A stretch of DNA of 64,000 nt from Leptolyngbyaceae cyanobacterium (GTDB lineage: Bacteria > Cyanobacteriota > Cyanobacteriia > Phormidesmidales > Phormidesmidaceae), in NCBI GenBank assembly GCA_965263355.1, contig CBDHHL010000056.1, forward strand, positions 1,344,001 to 1,408,000, given 5' to 3'. Made by a program: the position numbers and the translations under genes. The notes beneath the pieces were generated by a model. It was given only the letters and a program-made list of their open reading frames with translations. It was not told the origin of the DNA and made no database searches. Every line of letters begins with the position of its first letter. Within the stretch, counting starts at the first letter, position 1. Below, piece by piece: positions 10,911 through 20,610 of the stretch.

Positions 10911-12038
10911 ATGGCCAACAAAATCCTCGAAATCGATAACCTCACTGTCAGCTTCGATGGCTTTAAAGCCCTCAACAACCTCACCTTTGCCATGAACGAA
11001 GGCGAGCTAAGAGTCATCATCGGCCCCAATGGTGCAGGCAAAACCACCTTTCTAGATGTCATCACTGGCAAAGTCCAACCCACCCAAGGCAAGGTCCACT
11101 TCAAAGGTAAAAAACTTAGTGGTCGTGCAGAACATGACATTGCCCGTCTCGGTATTGGCCGCAAATTCCAAACCCCGCGCATTTACCTCAACCTGACACC
11201 ACGTGAAAACCTGGAACTGTGCTGCAACCAAAATAAAAGCGTCTTGTCCACATTGTTTAAGCCCACGCCTAAAGCGGAACGTCGTACCGTTGGGGGGTTA
11301 CTAGAAACCATTGGCCTGGACCACAAAGCCGATAAACCGGCTGCTCTGCTTTCCCATGGCGAGAAACAATGGCTAGAGATTGGCATGCTCGTGGCCCAGT
11401 CCCCCGATTTGCTTTTGGTCGACGAACCGGTTGCAGGGCTGACTGATGAGGAAACCGAACGTACAGGCGAACTACTGATTGCCTTGGCGGAAAGCCACTC
11501 TGTGATCGTCATTGAGCATGACATGGAGTTTGTCCGCCAGATTGCCCGTCAGGTGACGGTGTTGCATGAGGGTTCCGTTCTATGCGAAGGCACCATGGAC
11601 GAAGTTCAAAACGATCCTCGGGTGATTGAGGTTTATCTAGGGACTGAAACCTCAATTACACCAGACCAAATGTTGTTACTGCGCATTGCAGCCACTATGG
11701 CCTGGGCCGATGGCAACTTCGAGCCCGCTGAGCAAGAGATTATTCTTGAGCGCTTAAGTGTTCAGTTTGCTCAGGAACCTGCTGAACAAGAGGCCTTAAA
11801 AACTGAACTCAAAGATTTATTGGCGAAGAGAATACCCCTGGAAGAGTTAGTGCCTCAGCTACAAACCCCCAGCCAACGTGAGCAAGCTTTAATGTTGAGC
11901 TACGAGGTGATTAAGGCTAACCAAATTAATCAGGCGGAAGCATCGGCATATCAGAAACTGGTGCAATTGCTAGGGCTGCCTGAAGACACCGTCGGTCGTT
12001 TAGAAACGGCTGCCGTAGAGCAGTTTGATAATGTATAG
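10911..12038 (+). CDS. urtD: Urea ABC transporter ATPase UrtD with a C-terminal TerB-like extension
   Basis: GPNGAGKTT, GIGRKFQTP, LSHGEKQWLEIGM, DEPVAG; about 130 extra aa after VIEVYLG; likely start ATG 10911. Confidence 0.93.
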   Translation: MANKILEIDNLTVSFDGFKALNNLTFAMNEGELRVIIGPNGAGKTTFLDVITGKVQPTQGKVHFKGKKLSGRAEHDIARLGIGRKFQTPRIYLNLTPRENLELCCNQNKSVLSTLFKPTPKAERRTVGGLLETIGLDHKADKPAALLSHGEKQWLEIGMLVAQSPDLLLVDEPVAGLTDEETERTGELLIALAESHSVIVIEHDMEFVRQIARQVTVLHEGSVLCEGTMDEVQNDPRVIEVYLGTETSITPDQMLLLRIAATMAWADGNFEPAEQEIILERLSVQFAQEPAEQEALKTELKDLLAKRIPLEELVPQLQTPSQREQALMLSYEVIKANQINQAEASAYQKLVQLLGLPEDTVGRLETAAVEQFDNV

Positions 12039-12082
12039 CAACCTTATTTGTTATTCCCTAAACTTTCTACCAAGTACTATCT

Positions 12083-12838
12083 ATGACATCGACAGCTTTC
12101 CAACCTACCCATGATCTGTCTACAAAGGTCCCAATGCTGAAGATTTCGGGCCTGAATTTCTATTATGGGGAGAGTCATATTTTGCGAGATGTGGATCTTA
12201 CAGTGCCAAAGGGACAGATGGTCTGTTTGATTGGCCGTAATGGGGTAGGTAAGACCACATTGTTGAAGAATATAATTGGGTTATTGTCACCCAGAAGCGG
12301 TGCGATCGCATATGATGGCCAAACTATCAATACCCTAACCACCGATAACCGAGCCCGCATGGGCATTGGCTATGTACCTCAAGGTCGAGAAATTATTCCT
12401 CGTTTAACCGTTAAAGAGAATCTTCTAATCGGCCTAGAATCGTTGGGAAAAAGAGCACCAAAGGCCAAAAAAGAAATTCCTCACCTGATCTTTGAACTCT
12501 TCCCAGTATTAAAGACAATGCTATCGCGCATGGGTGGCGATCTCAGTGGTGGGCAACAACAACAATTGTCTATTGCCCGTGCCCTGATGGGACAGCCTCA
12601 GCTATTGCTCCTAGATGAGCCCACGGAAGGTATTCAGCCCTCAATTATTTTGGACATTGAAAACGCAGTGCGGCGGATTATTGAAACCACAGGCATCTCT
12701 GTATTGCTAGTGGAGCAGCATCTACACTTTGTCCGTCAGGCCGATTATTACTATGCCATGCAAAAAGGCGGTATTGTGGCCTCCGGCTCTACCGATCAGC
12801 TCAGCAATGACGTTATCCAAAAATTTCTAGCGGTTTAG
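12083..12838 (+). CDS. urtE: Urea ABC transporter ATPase UrtE
   Basis: YYGESHILR, GRNGVGKTT, YVPQGREI, LSGGQQQQLSIARAL, DEPTEGIQPSII. Confidence 0.95.
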   Translation: MTSTAFQPTHDLSTKVPMLKISGLNFYYGESHILRDVDLTVPKGQMVCLIGRNGVGKTTLLKNIIGLLSPRSGAIAYDGQTINTLTTDNRARMGIGYVPQGREIIPRLTVKENLLIGLESLGKRAPKAKKEIPHLIFELFPVLKTMLSRMGGDLSGGQQQQLSIARALMGQPQLLLLDEPTEGIQPSIILDIENAVRRIIETTGISVLLVEQHLHFVRQADYYYAMQKGGIVASGSTDQLSNDVIQKFLAV

Positions 12839-13245
12839 TCACAATCCAGTTTGCCTAGAATAGGCTATCCCCACTCACCGCCTTACCCAAAATTTCTAAG
12901 TTTGACACAAGACTAGAATCAATATCACCTGAACTGAAAACTGTTCCAATAGCTGATTCATAGATAACACAAATGACTGTGTTTTTTAAGAATGTTTTTT
13001 GATTTCCATTAATTGTCGATACACTGCGCAATATTTAGAAAGCTTGTAGCTTAAGAAACTGGCTTTTCCAAATAAACACTGATATATTCTGTCCTGTAAA
13101 TTCACCTTGAAGCTCAGAAAATACTCGCTAGTAGGTAGTTATATGCCTCAGCGATTCTAGCCTGGAGATGCGGTTTTCTTGCTATCCCCATTCAAGATGG
13201 TTTGCGAACACACAGGATAATTCTCACTTAAGGAACCTATCAAAT

Positions 13246-13668
13246 ATGGTTAGTAGACAGGCTCGTTCTAATGCCGTGAATTCCGCAGGTGGATTCATGA
13301 ATAATTTTCGTGAATTCTTGTTGCGTGGTAATGTTGTTGACTTAGCTGTAGCCGTTGTCATCGGTGGTGCGTTTGGTGCCGTTATCACGTCTTTTATTGA
13401 GGACATTATTACGCCTCTATTGCTGAGTCCTGCCCTTAAGGCAGCTGGCGTTGAAGACATTGCAAATCTATCTGCCAATGGCATCAAGTACGGTCTTTTC
13501 TTCTCCACCGTGATCAACTTTGTTGTCATTGCCTTCATATTGTTCGTACTCATTCGTACTTTTGAGCGCATGAAGCGCACTGAAGAGGTGGATGCAGGCC
13601 CCTCTACTGATGAAAAACTTAACGATACATTAGGTCGTCTAACCGGTTTCTTAGAGCAGCGCATGTAA
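13246..13668 (+). CDS. mscL: Large-conductance mechanosensitive channel
   Basis: FREFLLRGNVVDLAVAVVIGGAFGAVITS, YGLFFSTVINF; start placed at ATG 13246 after AGGAA. Confidence 0.93.
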   Translation: MVSRQARSNAVNSAGGFMNNFREFLLRGNVVDLAVAVVIGGAFGAVITSFIEDIITPLLLSPALKAAGVEDIANLSANGIKYGLFFSTVINFVVIAFILFVLIRTFERMKRTEEVDAGPSTDEKLNDTLGRLTGFLEQRM

Positions 13669-13714
13669 GATAAGTTGTTGTTTGTCTATAAAGACGTTGT
13701 GCAAATAAACTTGA

Positions 13715-13749
13715 ACAGCAGGCTAGGGAATAATTTACTGGTCTGCTGT
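13715..13749 (+). terminator. Hairpin after mscL
   Basis: ACAGCAGGCTAG..CTGGTCTGCTGT stem with G-U pairs. Confidence 0.4.
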
Positions 13750-13827
13750 CTTGTATTTCGATGGATGTTCTACATCTTGAAATTCACTATGGGATAATAA
13801 AGGTGGCATCTGTAAGAACTCCTGGCT

Positions 13828-14682
13828 GTGACTTTACCGACTGCAACACTGTTAATTTCTTGCCCTGATCAACAAGGGTTAGTGGCTAAAATTGCCAACT
13901 TTATTTATGCCAATGGTGGCAATGTCGTCCATGCTGATCAGCATCGAGATGAGCCATCAGAGCTGTTTTTGTCTCGGATTGAATGGCAGCTAAAGGGTTT
14001 TAATCTGGGGCGAGAGCTGATTGGGCCTGCCTTTGATTCCATTGCCAAACCATTGGAAGCCAGTTGGGAGCTACGCTTTTCTGACCAGGTTCCCCGTGTT
14101 GCTATCTGGGTGAGTAAACAAAATCACTGTTTACTGGATTTGCTATGGCGACATCAGGCAGGAGAGTTAACCGCAGAAATCCCGCTAATTATCAGCAATC
14201 ATGAAACCCTCCGACCCATTGCTGAACAGTTTAATATTGCCTTTCATCATATTCCGATCACGAAGGCGACTAAGGCTGAGCAAGAAGAAAAACAACTGGC
14301 ACTGCTAAAAGAACACGCCATCGACCTGGTGGTACTGGCCAAATACATGCAAATTCTCAGTCCTGAGTTTATTGAACAGTTTCCCAGGGTGATCAATATC
14401 CACCATTCATTTTTACCGGCATTTGTGGGGGCCAATCCATACCATCGTGCCTACGAACGAGGGGTAAAAATTATTGGTGCGACAGGACACTATGTGACAT
14501 CAGACTTGGATGCGGGACCAATTATTGAGCAAGATGTGGTGCGGGTGAGTCACCGCGATCAGGTGAGTGATTTGATTCGTAAAGGTAAGGATTTAGAACG
14601 AGTAGTGTTGGCCCGCACAGTGTGGTTGCATTTGCAAAACCGAGTTTTGGTGTATGGCAACCGCACGGTGGTATTTGCATAA
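13828..14682 (+). CDS. purU: Formyltetrahydrofolate deformylase
   Basis: N-terminal ACT domain (SCPDQQGLVA), LAKYMQILS, INIHHSFLPAF, GVKIIGATGHYVT, LDAGPIIEQ. Confidence 0.96.
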   Translation: MTLPTATLLISCPDQQGLVAKIANFIYANGGNVVHADQHRDEPSELFLSRIEWQLKGFNLGRELIGPAFDSIAKPLEASWELRFSDQVPRVAIWVSKQNHCLLDLLWRHQAGELTAEIPLIISNHETLRPIAEQFNIAFHHIPITKATKAEQEEKQLALLKEHAIDLVVLAKYMQILSPEFIEQFPRVINIHHSFLPAFVGANPYHRAYERGVKIIGATGHYVTSDLDAGPIIEQDVVRVSHRDQVSDLIRKGKDLERVVLARTVWLHLQNRVLVYGNRTVVFA

Positions 14683-14695
14683 CTGTTATTTTACA

Positions 14696-14794
14696 GCGGT
14701 TTGTGTGGTGAAGATAATTCTTGCCTTCAGGTATACTCGGCAATAACTTTGCCCATTTCCCGGTAACTGGTATATCTTTGTGTTCTAAATCAGG
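14696..14794 (-). pseudogene. Short relic resembling an internal segment of a C5 DNA cytosine methyltransferase
   Basis: Minus-strand PDLEHKDIPVTGKWAKLLPSIPEGKNYLHHTNR resembles the GKWxxLLPxIPEGxNYLxHT segment I recall from a Dcm subfamily; no catalytic motifs nearby. Confidence 0.5.
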
Positions 14795-15007
14795 ACAGAT
14801 ATTCAAACAGGTTGAGAATCGAGCCTGGCTTTTGGACCTCAAATTTAATGGAGCTAATCAGTACCTAACGTCAGGGCAGCGGACGCACAAACAAAATCAC
14901 TGGCCTTCCTTGGCCGCTGATCTTGTGCCGCTAAGCTCAGACGTTGTAGCTTAATGCTTTTAAGGGATAGGAATTTTCCTAACCAATGTGACCAGCCCTA
15001 TATTCGG

Positions 15008-16447
15008 TCAACTGGAAGATATGAGACTCAGACCCAATTGCTCACTAAGGGCCTGAGAGATCCATTCAAATTCTATGGGGGTTAAGCCTAACTCGCTATA
15101 CTTAAGGCGATAGAACCCCGTAGTTTTATAAATTTCCAGGCTAGTTGGAGTCATCTCCAGGTTTAGATTGACAATATCTTCTCGCTTGGCCCTAAACAGA
15201 ATCTGGTGCGATCGCATCAAGAGTAATGTTTCTCGATAAATCAGCAACTGATTCTCATTCAAGCAAATATGCAATTGATCTAACAGCTTCTTTCTGGCGG
15301 GTGTGGGTAAAAACGTGATCGCGGCAAAGCCCGAAAGAAGGCTAATGATACTGGACAAGAGCCAGATCAGAGGCCAAACTCCAAAGTCTATAAAGTCAAA
15401 TAATGGAAAAATCACCCAGCTAACCATTCCCCCCATAGACGATGCAATACTAAACGTGATAGCGAGAACAAGTAAATCTAACCAAGACCCAATTTTGTTG
15501 CGTCGAAAGCCTTTAGCAGGAATAACAATATCGAGTGTGTCCTCCTGTTGATTGATTAAAATACGGCTTTGGGCCAGGGGATGATTGGTCAGGGTAGTGA
15601 GTTTGCCCTTTTCTAAAACAGTTTGTAACCCCTTGAGGGCATCTGTGGCTGATGGCGGACGCTGACTGATATCGGGGTTTGTCAGCCAACGCAGCCACTG
15701 ACGTATGGGCGCACTCACATGTTTAGCCTTGGCGTCAAACTGCATACGCATACGTTTCTGAGGCAAATCAGCAGGGTGACAGCCTGTCATAAGAAAGATT
15801 AAAGTAGCGCCTAAGCTATACAGATCTGAAGCCGGTTCTGCCCGACCCCCAAATTGTTCTGGTGGCATATAGCCATAGCTACCCACAATAGTTAGGGTGC
15901 CAGATGTATTTAAAAACGGGACTTGTACAGAGCCAAAATCTACCAGATAAAGCTGGCCCGGACTGTGGGCGGTGCGATTGCCCAGCAAAATATTGCTGGG
16001 TTTGAGATCCCGATGAATAATGGGCGGCATTTGATTATGGAGATATTGCAAAATTGCCAATAGCCGTTGGGCAATATCGATTACGTCCGCCTCACTAAAG
16101 CTCCGCCCCGCTTCCAGATGTTCCTGTAACGACTGCCCATCAATATAGCTCTGGACCAACGCATATCCCTTTGTATGGGGTAAATCGATTTCAAAATAAT
16201 CTAAATACTCAGGAATACCCGCATGATTAAGGGATTTAAGCACTTCTCCCTCGCGCTCAAAGAGTCGTAAATTAGCCCATTCAAAGTCACGATCAAAGGT
16301 GAGAATTTTGATTACTACAGAACATTTCGCTTGTATATCATCCGCCAGCAATGTTCTACGGCCAACGGCTTTACCTAGCTCTTTACGAATTGTGTAGCGA
16401 TTATTGAGCTGCTTCCCTAGCCAAGCTGATGAAGGGGCATCTTTCAT
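15008..16447 (-). CDS. Ser/Thr protein kinase with C-terminal transmembrane segments
   Basis: VVIK, IIHRDLKPSNILL, LVDFG, GYMPPEQF, SDLYSLG; two hydrophobic helices. Confidence 0.93.
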   Translation of the reverse strand: MKDAPSSAWLGKQLNNRYTIRKELGKAVGRRTLLADDIQAKCSVVIKILTFDRDFEWANLRLFEREGEVLKSLNHAGIPEYLDYFEIDLPHTKGYALVQSYIDGQSLQEHLEAGRSFSEADVIDIAQRLLAILQYLHNQMPPIIHRDLKPSNILLGNRTAHSPGQLYLVDFGSVQVPFLNTSGTLTIVGSYGYMPPEQFGGRAEPASDLYSLGATLIFLMTGCHPADLPQKRMRMQFDAKAKHVSAPIRQWLRWLTNPDISQRPPSATDALKGLQTVLEKGKLTTLTNHPLAQSRILINQQEDTLDIVIPAKGFRRNKIGSWLDLLVLAITFSIASSMGGMVSWVIFPLFDFIDFGVWPLIWLLSSIISLLSGFAAITFLPTPARKKLLDQLHICLNENQLLIYRETLLLMRSHQILFRAKREDIVNLNLEMTPTSLEIYKTTGFYRLKYSELGLTPIEFEWISQALSEQLGLSLISSS

Positions 16448-16459
16448 CCTATGGATCTC

Positions 16460-16780
16460 CTATTTATCAATGGATTGAAGTCCAAATAACCAGTGATATT
16501 GATAGCGCTGATCAAATTTAGGACAAACAAGCATAGGGTTACTGATGGATGACGTCTGGACTTGAGCGACTACATTGACGTTGATAAGTCGATTTGTAAT
16601 GGTTTCTGCCAGATTCTTCTCAACACCAGTCATCAACACACAAGGGCAATTCGCTTTCAGGTAGGTTAGCAACTCTTTAGCTTCTTTTAAGCCAATGCCA
16701 GCGATCTCTCGCATCACCCGTAGCACTGGAATATGGTTTTCTGGCAGCACTTGTATAAATATCTCAAACCGAGTTTCCAC
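16460..16780 (-). CDS. Small protein with a ribosomal L7/L12 C-terminal-like domain
   Basis: IPVLRVMREIAGIGLKEAKELL resembles the L7/L12 CTD signature; lacks the L12 N-terminal dimerisation region. Confidence 0.6.
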   Translation of the reverse strand: METRFEIFIQVLPENHIPVLRVMREIAGIGLKEAKELLTYLKANCPCVLMTGVEKNLAETITNRLINVNVVAQVQTSSISNPMLVCPKFDQRYQYHWLFGLQSIDK

Positions 16781-16885
16781 GCCCTAAATCTCCATAAAGA
16801 ACCTAACCCAATTAACTTCAAGCCATAAACGTCAATTCATAACTCTTGGCAGAAACTTTATACAGCGCTTGAACACGGGTAGTAT

Positions 16886-17383
16886 TTAAGTAAACAATTT
16901 GTCTAGACGAAAGTGGGCGATTTTGCCAATTTCTAACAATGCTTGCTGCTGTTCAACAACAGGGGTGTGATGTACACGTGTTGCAAATGCAGCCAGTATA
17001 GTCTCTTTTGTCTGGCCTGTAACTGCCATGATAAAAGGAAAGCCAAATTTGCCCCGGTAAGCTGTGTTCAGTTGTTGCCACTGTCCATACTCTGATGGAC
17101 TCAGTTGATCCAGACCGACACTCGCTTGTTCTTGGACAGAATCAGAGGCCATTTGCACGCTACTTCCCAAGTCTGGATGGGCTTGAATAAGCTCTAGTTG
17201 AGCCTCTTCTGGCATCTGCTCAACAATGTTCACCATGGTTTGGTGAAGATGGGGCAAATCCACAAACGGACGCTGGTGCCAGGTTTGTTCTGCAATGCTA
17301 GGGGTGTCTTCAAACACGCTGCCGAGGGCTGCGACAAACTCTGCTTGGGTCATTTGATTTATTTCAGTGATGGTGTACGCCAT
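16886..17383 (-). CDS. uraD: OHCU decarboxylase
   Basis: FVAALGSVFE, LIQAHPDLG, EQASVGLDQL, LNTAYRGKFGFPFIMAV. Confidence 0.93.
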   Translation of the reverse strand: MAYTITEINQMTQAEFVAALGSVFEDTPSIAEQTWHQRPFVDLPHLHQTMVNIVEQMPEEAQLELIQAHPDLGSSVQMASDSVQEQASVGLDQLSPSEYGQWQQLNTAYRGKFGFPFIMAVTGQTKETILAAFATRVHHTPVVEQQQALLEIGKIAHFRLDKLFT

Positions 17384-17386
17384 GGC

Positions 17387-17731
17387 TTAGCTACCGCGAT
17401 AAGTGCTGTAGGACCAGGGAGAGCAGAGTAAAGGAACATGGTAGTGGGCGGTGGCATCGGCAATGCCAAACTGAATAGGAACCTGATCTAAGAAGAGGGG
17501 CTCTGGTAGGTGGCTGGATTGTTGTTTGAAGTAGTCACCTACAGCAAACCGGAGCTGATATACCCCAACGGTCAGTTCCTCATCTATCAGTAAGGGCACA
17601 TCGGTGCGACCATCGGCATTGGTGGTTACCGTTTTGAGTAGATGTTCGTCCTGCCACAGTTCGATGGTCAGCCCTGCTGCGGGACAACCCTGGGCCGTAT
17701 CGAGAACGTGGGTGGTAAGTTTGCCTGCCAT
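17387..17731 (-). CDS. uraH: 5-hydroxyisourate hydrolase (transthyretin-like)
   Basis: LTTHVLDT, TNADGRTD, HYHVPLL, C-terminal YSTYRGS. Confidence 0.96.
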   Translation of the reverse strand: MAGKLTTHVLDTAQGCPAAGLTIELWQDEHLLKTVTTNADGRTDVPLLIDEELTVGVYQLRFAVGDYFKQQSSHLPEPLFLDQVPIQFGIADATAHYHVPLLCSPWSYSTYRGS

Positions 17732-17739
17732 GGTAAATC

Positions 17740-18900
17740 CTAACGAAATGGACCTTTTTGGATTATTTTTGCGATCGCACCCATAATCCTATCCCCATCC
17801 TCTTGAGCCAGTTCCTCGTACCATTGCCCAGTCTTTTCCGGCACCTTGCCATGGATCATATCCGCCCGTTCCCGTGCCTTAAGGATAATCTCGGCTGTGC
17901 GATCTTTGCGCTCCGTTTCATAGCGTTTCAGAGCATCTTCCACGCTAATGTTGGTGGTGAGCAAGGCTGTCGTTAACGCCCAGGCATCCTCGATAGCCTG
18001 ACACCCCCCCTGGCCCAAATCAGGTGTGGTACTGTGGGCGGCATCCCCGAGTAAGGCCACCCGCCCTTTGACTAGCTGCGGCAACGGTTCCACATCATGA
18101 ATGGGAATACGATTCGTTTTTTCAGGATTTAAATATTGAATTAAGGTTTGCACGGGTGTGGCCCAACCGGCAAAATAGTGACTCAATTCCGCGCGAATAT
18201 CTGCTTGCGGTTGAACCGCTTTAGGCAACGGCACATCGAGAAAAAAGTAAAACCGGTCTCCTCCCACAGGCATCATGGACGCCCGCTGACCATCGCCCAC
18301 ATAGATCACCCAGCTATTGCTAGGAGCTAGTTCCGGGGCCGTTGCCACCAGACCGTTCCAATTCACATAGCCCGCATAGCGACGCTCTACCGTTTGACCG
18401 ACCACATAATTGCGAATAACAGAATGGGTGCCGTCAGCAGCAACGACAAGGTCCCCCGTAGCCCGCCGACCGTCGGCAAAAGTAGCAGTCGCTGTTGTTT
18501 CTGTCTGTTCTACTCCAACACATTGAGAATTTAGTTGGACACTATCAGCCCCCAATGCCGTCAACAGCATTTGTTGTAAATCTGTACGGGCCACCGGATA
18601 GGGACATTGCCCCACAGTCTCCACCAGGGGAGCAAGGCTAAAGTCAGTCAGGGGTCTGCCATCCTGGGTGAGATAGGTCATCCGCTCCATGGGACCACCA
18701 ATATTAGCAATGTCAGCCCCCAACCCCAGTCGATTCAGTACCTTAATGCCGTTGGACCATAGGGAAATGCCTGCACCAGCGGGTCGTAGCTCTCGTACCC
18801 GGTCATAAATTTCGACGGTATAGCCTGCTTGGCGTAGTGCGATCGCAGCCGTTAAGCCCCCCATTCCTGCGCCAACAACAATCGCTTTAAGGTCGTTCAT
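17740..18900 (-). CDS. hpxO: FAD-dependent urate hydroxylase
   Basis: GAGMGGL, AADGTHS, RRYAGYVNWNGLV, GDAAHSTTPDLGQGGCQAIED; in an operon with uraH and uraD. Confidence 0.9.
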   Translation of the reverse strand: MNDLKAIVVGAGMGGLTAAIALRQAGYTVEIYDRVRELRPAGAGISLWSNGIKVLNRLGLGADIANIGGPMERMTYLTQDGRPLTDFSLAPLVETVGQCPYPVARTDLQQMLLTALGADSVQLNSQCVGVEQTETTATATFADGRRATGDLVVAADGTHSVIRNYVVGQTVERRYAGYVNWNGLVATAPELAPSNSWVIYVGDGQRASMMPVGGDRFYFFLDVPLPKAVQPQADIRAELSHYFAGWATPVQTLIQYLNPEKTNRIPIHDVEPLPQLVKGRVALLGDAAHSTTPDLGQGGCQAIEDAWALTTALLTTNISVEDALKRYETERKDRTAEIILKARERADMIHGKVPEKTGQWYEELAQEDGDRIMGAIAKIIQKGPFR

Positions 18901-18951
18901 TCTGCCTTATCCTTGCCATGGCCTACAAACCAACTCTAGCTCTCATGCTAT

Positions 18952-18989
18952 ATTACGCGCAGCGAACATAATTACGCGCAGCGAACATA
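18952..18989. repeat. Perfect 19-bp tandem duplication
   Basis: ATTACGCGCAGCGAACATA twice (18952-18970 and 18971-18989). Confidence 0.95.
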
Positions 18990-19041
18990 AACAACTCAAA
19001 GTCAGACATCAACAAATAAAAAATCCGGGAGATCTTCTGAG

Positions 19042-19365
19042 ATGGAGAAAAAACAGCTTTTAGCCCAGACAATGGCGTTTCTCTTATGTACCACCCCTGA
19101 GACTACATTGGGTAAGCTATTAGGGCTATGCTTAGCATCTAAGGTAGATGCTGAAAGGTCAGGCAAAAGCCCGTTAGAATTCGCTGAAGAATTACTCCAA
19201 CATCCCGAAAGAATATCCACCTGGATTACCGAAGTGGTGGATAGCGATGATCGCTACAGTGTCGAAGAAATGGTAGCCCTGACTGAAATGAATCTCAAAG
19301 ATCCTGAAAGTTTTATGAAGGCTTTGCTGGACGAAATGACCGTTTTAGATACCCAAGGTCTGTAG
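19042..19365 (+). CDS. Hypothetical protein
   Basis: 107-aa ORF, GGAG upstream, acidic protein-like composition. Confidence 0.7.
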   Translation: MEKKQLLAQTMAFLLCTTPETTLGKLLGLCLASKVDAERSGKSPLEFAEELLQHPERISTWITEVVDSDDRYSVEEMVALTEMNLKDPESFMKALLDEMTVLDTQGL

Positions 19366-19582
19366 TCTGGTCAGTAGGACGGGCACTACCCACCGAACCC
19401 TGCAGATTCAGCAACCGTACTGAAAACCGAATAATTATGGCTTGTTAAGACCCTAGGCAATTTCCGAAGAGCTATGTCAGGATCGTTTTGCTGCCATCGG
19501 GAAAATTAAGCGTTTCTAGTGTTGTTACTTCTAGGCCCCTATTTTTTCCAAAGGCTGCACTATATCCATTCGGGAGGTTCCC

Positions 19583-20044
19583 ATGTTTCTACGTAGCGCA
19601 TTACTCGCTTTAATTTTGCCTATTTTGGTTGTCCTTCCTGGTCAGGCTGCTTCTGAAGAAGACTTGCAACGTCTTGAACTGACGGGTATGTGCGCCTACT
19701 GTGATCTCTCTGGTGCTGATTTGCAATCATCCCATTTGATTGGCGCAGACCTACGCGGTGCTAACTTGCAAGGGGCCAACCTGTCTGACAGTAATCTGGA
19801 AGGCGCTGATTTGAGCCATGCTAACTTAGCAGGGATTAATCTTAGCAATGCCTTTTTGACCAATACTGTTTTTGAGTCGGCTATTTTAGATGGCGCTAAC
19901 CTATCTGGTTCGACCCTCCATTTTACTGACGTTACCAATGCCTCCCTGGAGAACATTGATATAGCCGATGCTCAGGTATTTGGTACGCCCATTAGCATTG
20001 GCGGACCTTACGAAGATTACGAAGATGAGGTTGATAACTACTAG
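19583..20044 (+). CDS. Secreted/lumenal pentapeptide repeat protein
   Basis: Signal peptide, CAYCDLSGADL and A(D/N)Lxx repeats; GGAGG RBS. Confidence 0.92.
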   Translation: MFLRSALLALILPILVVLPGQAASEEDLQRLELTGMCAYCDLSGADLQSSHLIGADLRGANLQGANLSDSNLEGADLSHANLAGINLSNAFLTNTVFESAILDGANLSGSTLHFTDVTNASLENIDIADAQVFGTPISIGGPYEDYEDEVDNY

Positions 20045-20089
20045 TGCGACGTCTAGCGCGTCAGCTTAAAAACGTCCCCACTCGTTTAA

Positions 20090-20545
20090 TTAAACTGGCG
20101 TAATAGACCGCTGGCACGAGGGGCATACAGCATGGATCAATAGCTGGCAGTCTAGCAAATGGTAACCTGATTTGTCAGCCATTTTGGCTCCAGCTTTGAG
20201 AACCGAGTCATTTTTGAATTCAATTGTTTTGTTACACCGCACACAAATCAGATGGTGGTGGTGGTGGGGTGACGGCTGATTAATTTCGTAGCGCTTTTGG
20301 CCTTCTGCTAGCTCTAGCTCTCGCAAAATACCCATGCGAGACATAAGCTTTAAGTTGCGATAAATAGTAGAGAGACTGATCGGTTCACCCTCTTCCTTAA
20401 GCAGCTCACACAGTTCCTCCGCACTGAGATGCTGGCCTTTATCAATATTTTGAAACGTATTCAAAATAGTCTCCCTTTGTGGAGTCATGCGCCATCCCCG
20501 TTCGTGAAGCTCAGCCTTCATTGCTGCGGGGGTATAGGAGACCAT
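20090..20545 (-). CDS. fur: Ferric uptake regulator (FurA-like)
   Basis: GWRMTPQRETIL, HLSAEEL, SLSTIYRNLKLM, HHHHHLICVRC, C-terminal CxxC; start ATG 20545 after GAGGAA. Confidence 0.92.
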   Translation of the reverse strand: MVSYTPAAMKAELHERGWRMTPQRETILNTFQNIDKGQHLSAEELCELLKEEGEPISLSTIYRNLKLMSRMGILRELELAEGQKRYEINQPSPHHHHHLICVRCNKTIEFKNDSVLKAGAKMADKSGYHLLDCQLLIHAVCPSCQRSITPV

Positions 20546-20610
20546 AACCGTTCCTCTATAAAATGTCATTAACAAAAGCTTAATGCGAATATAGCGAATT
20601 TTTTGGCCAT

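Noticed and set aside
19374..19395. GTAGGACGGGCACTACCCACCG as a REP-like motif
   Set aside because: Single degenerate copy with weak pairing
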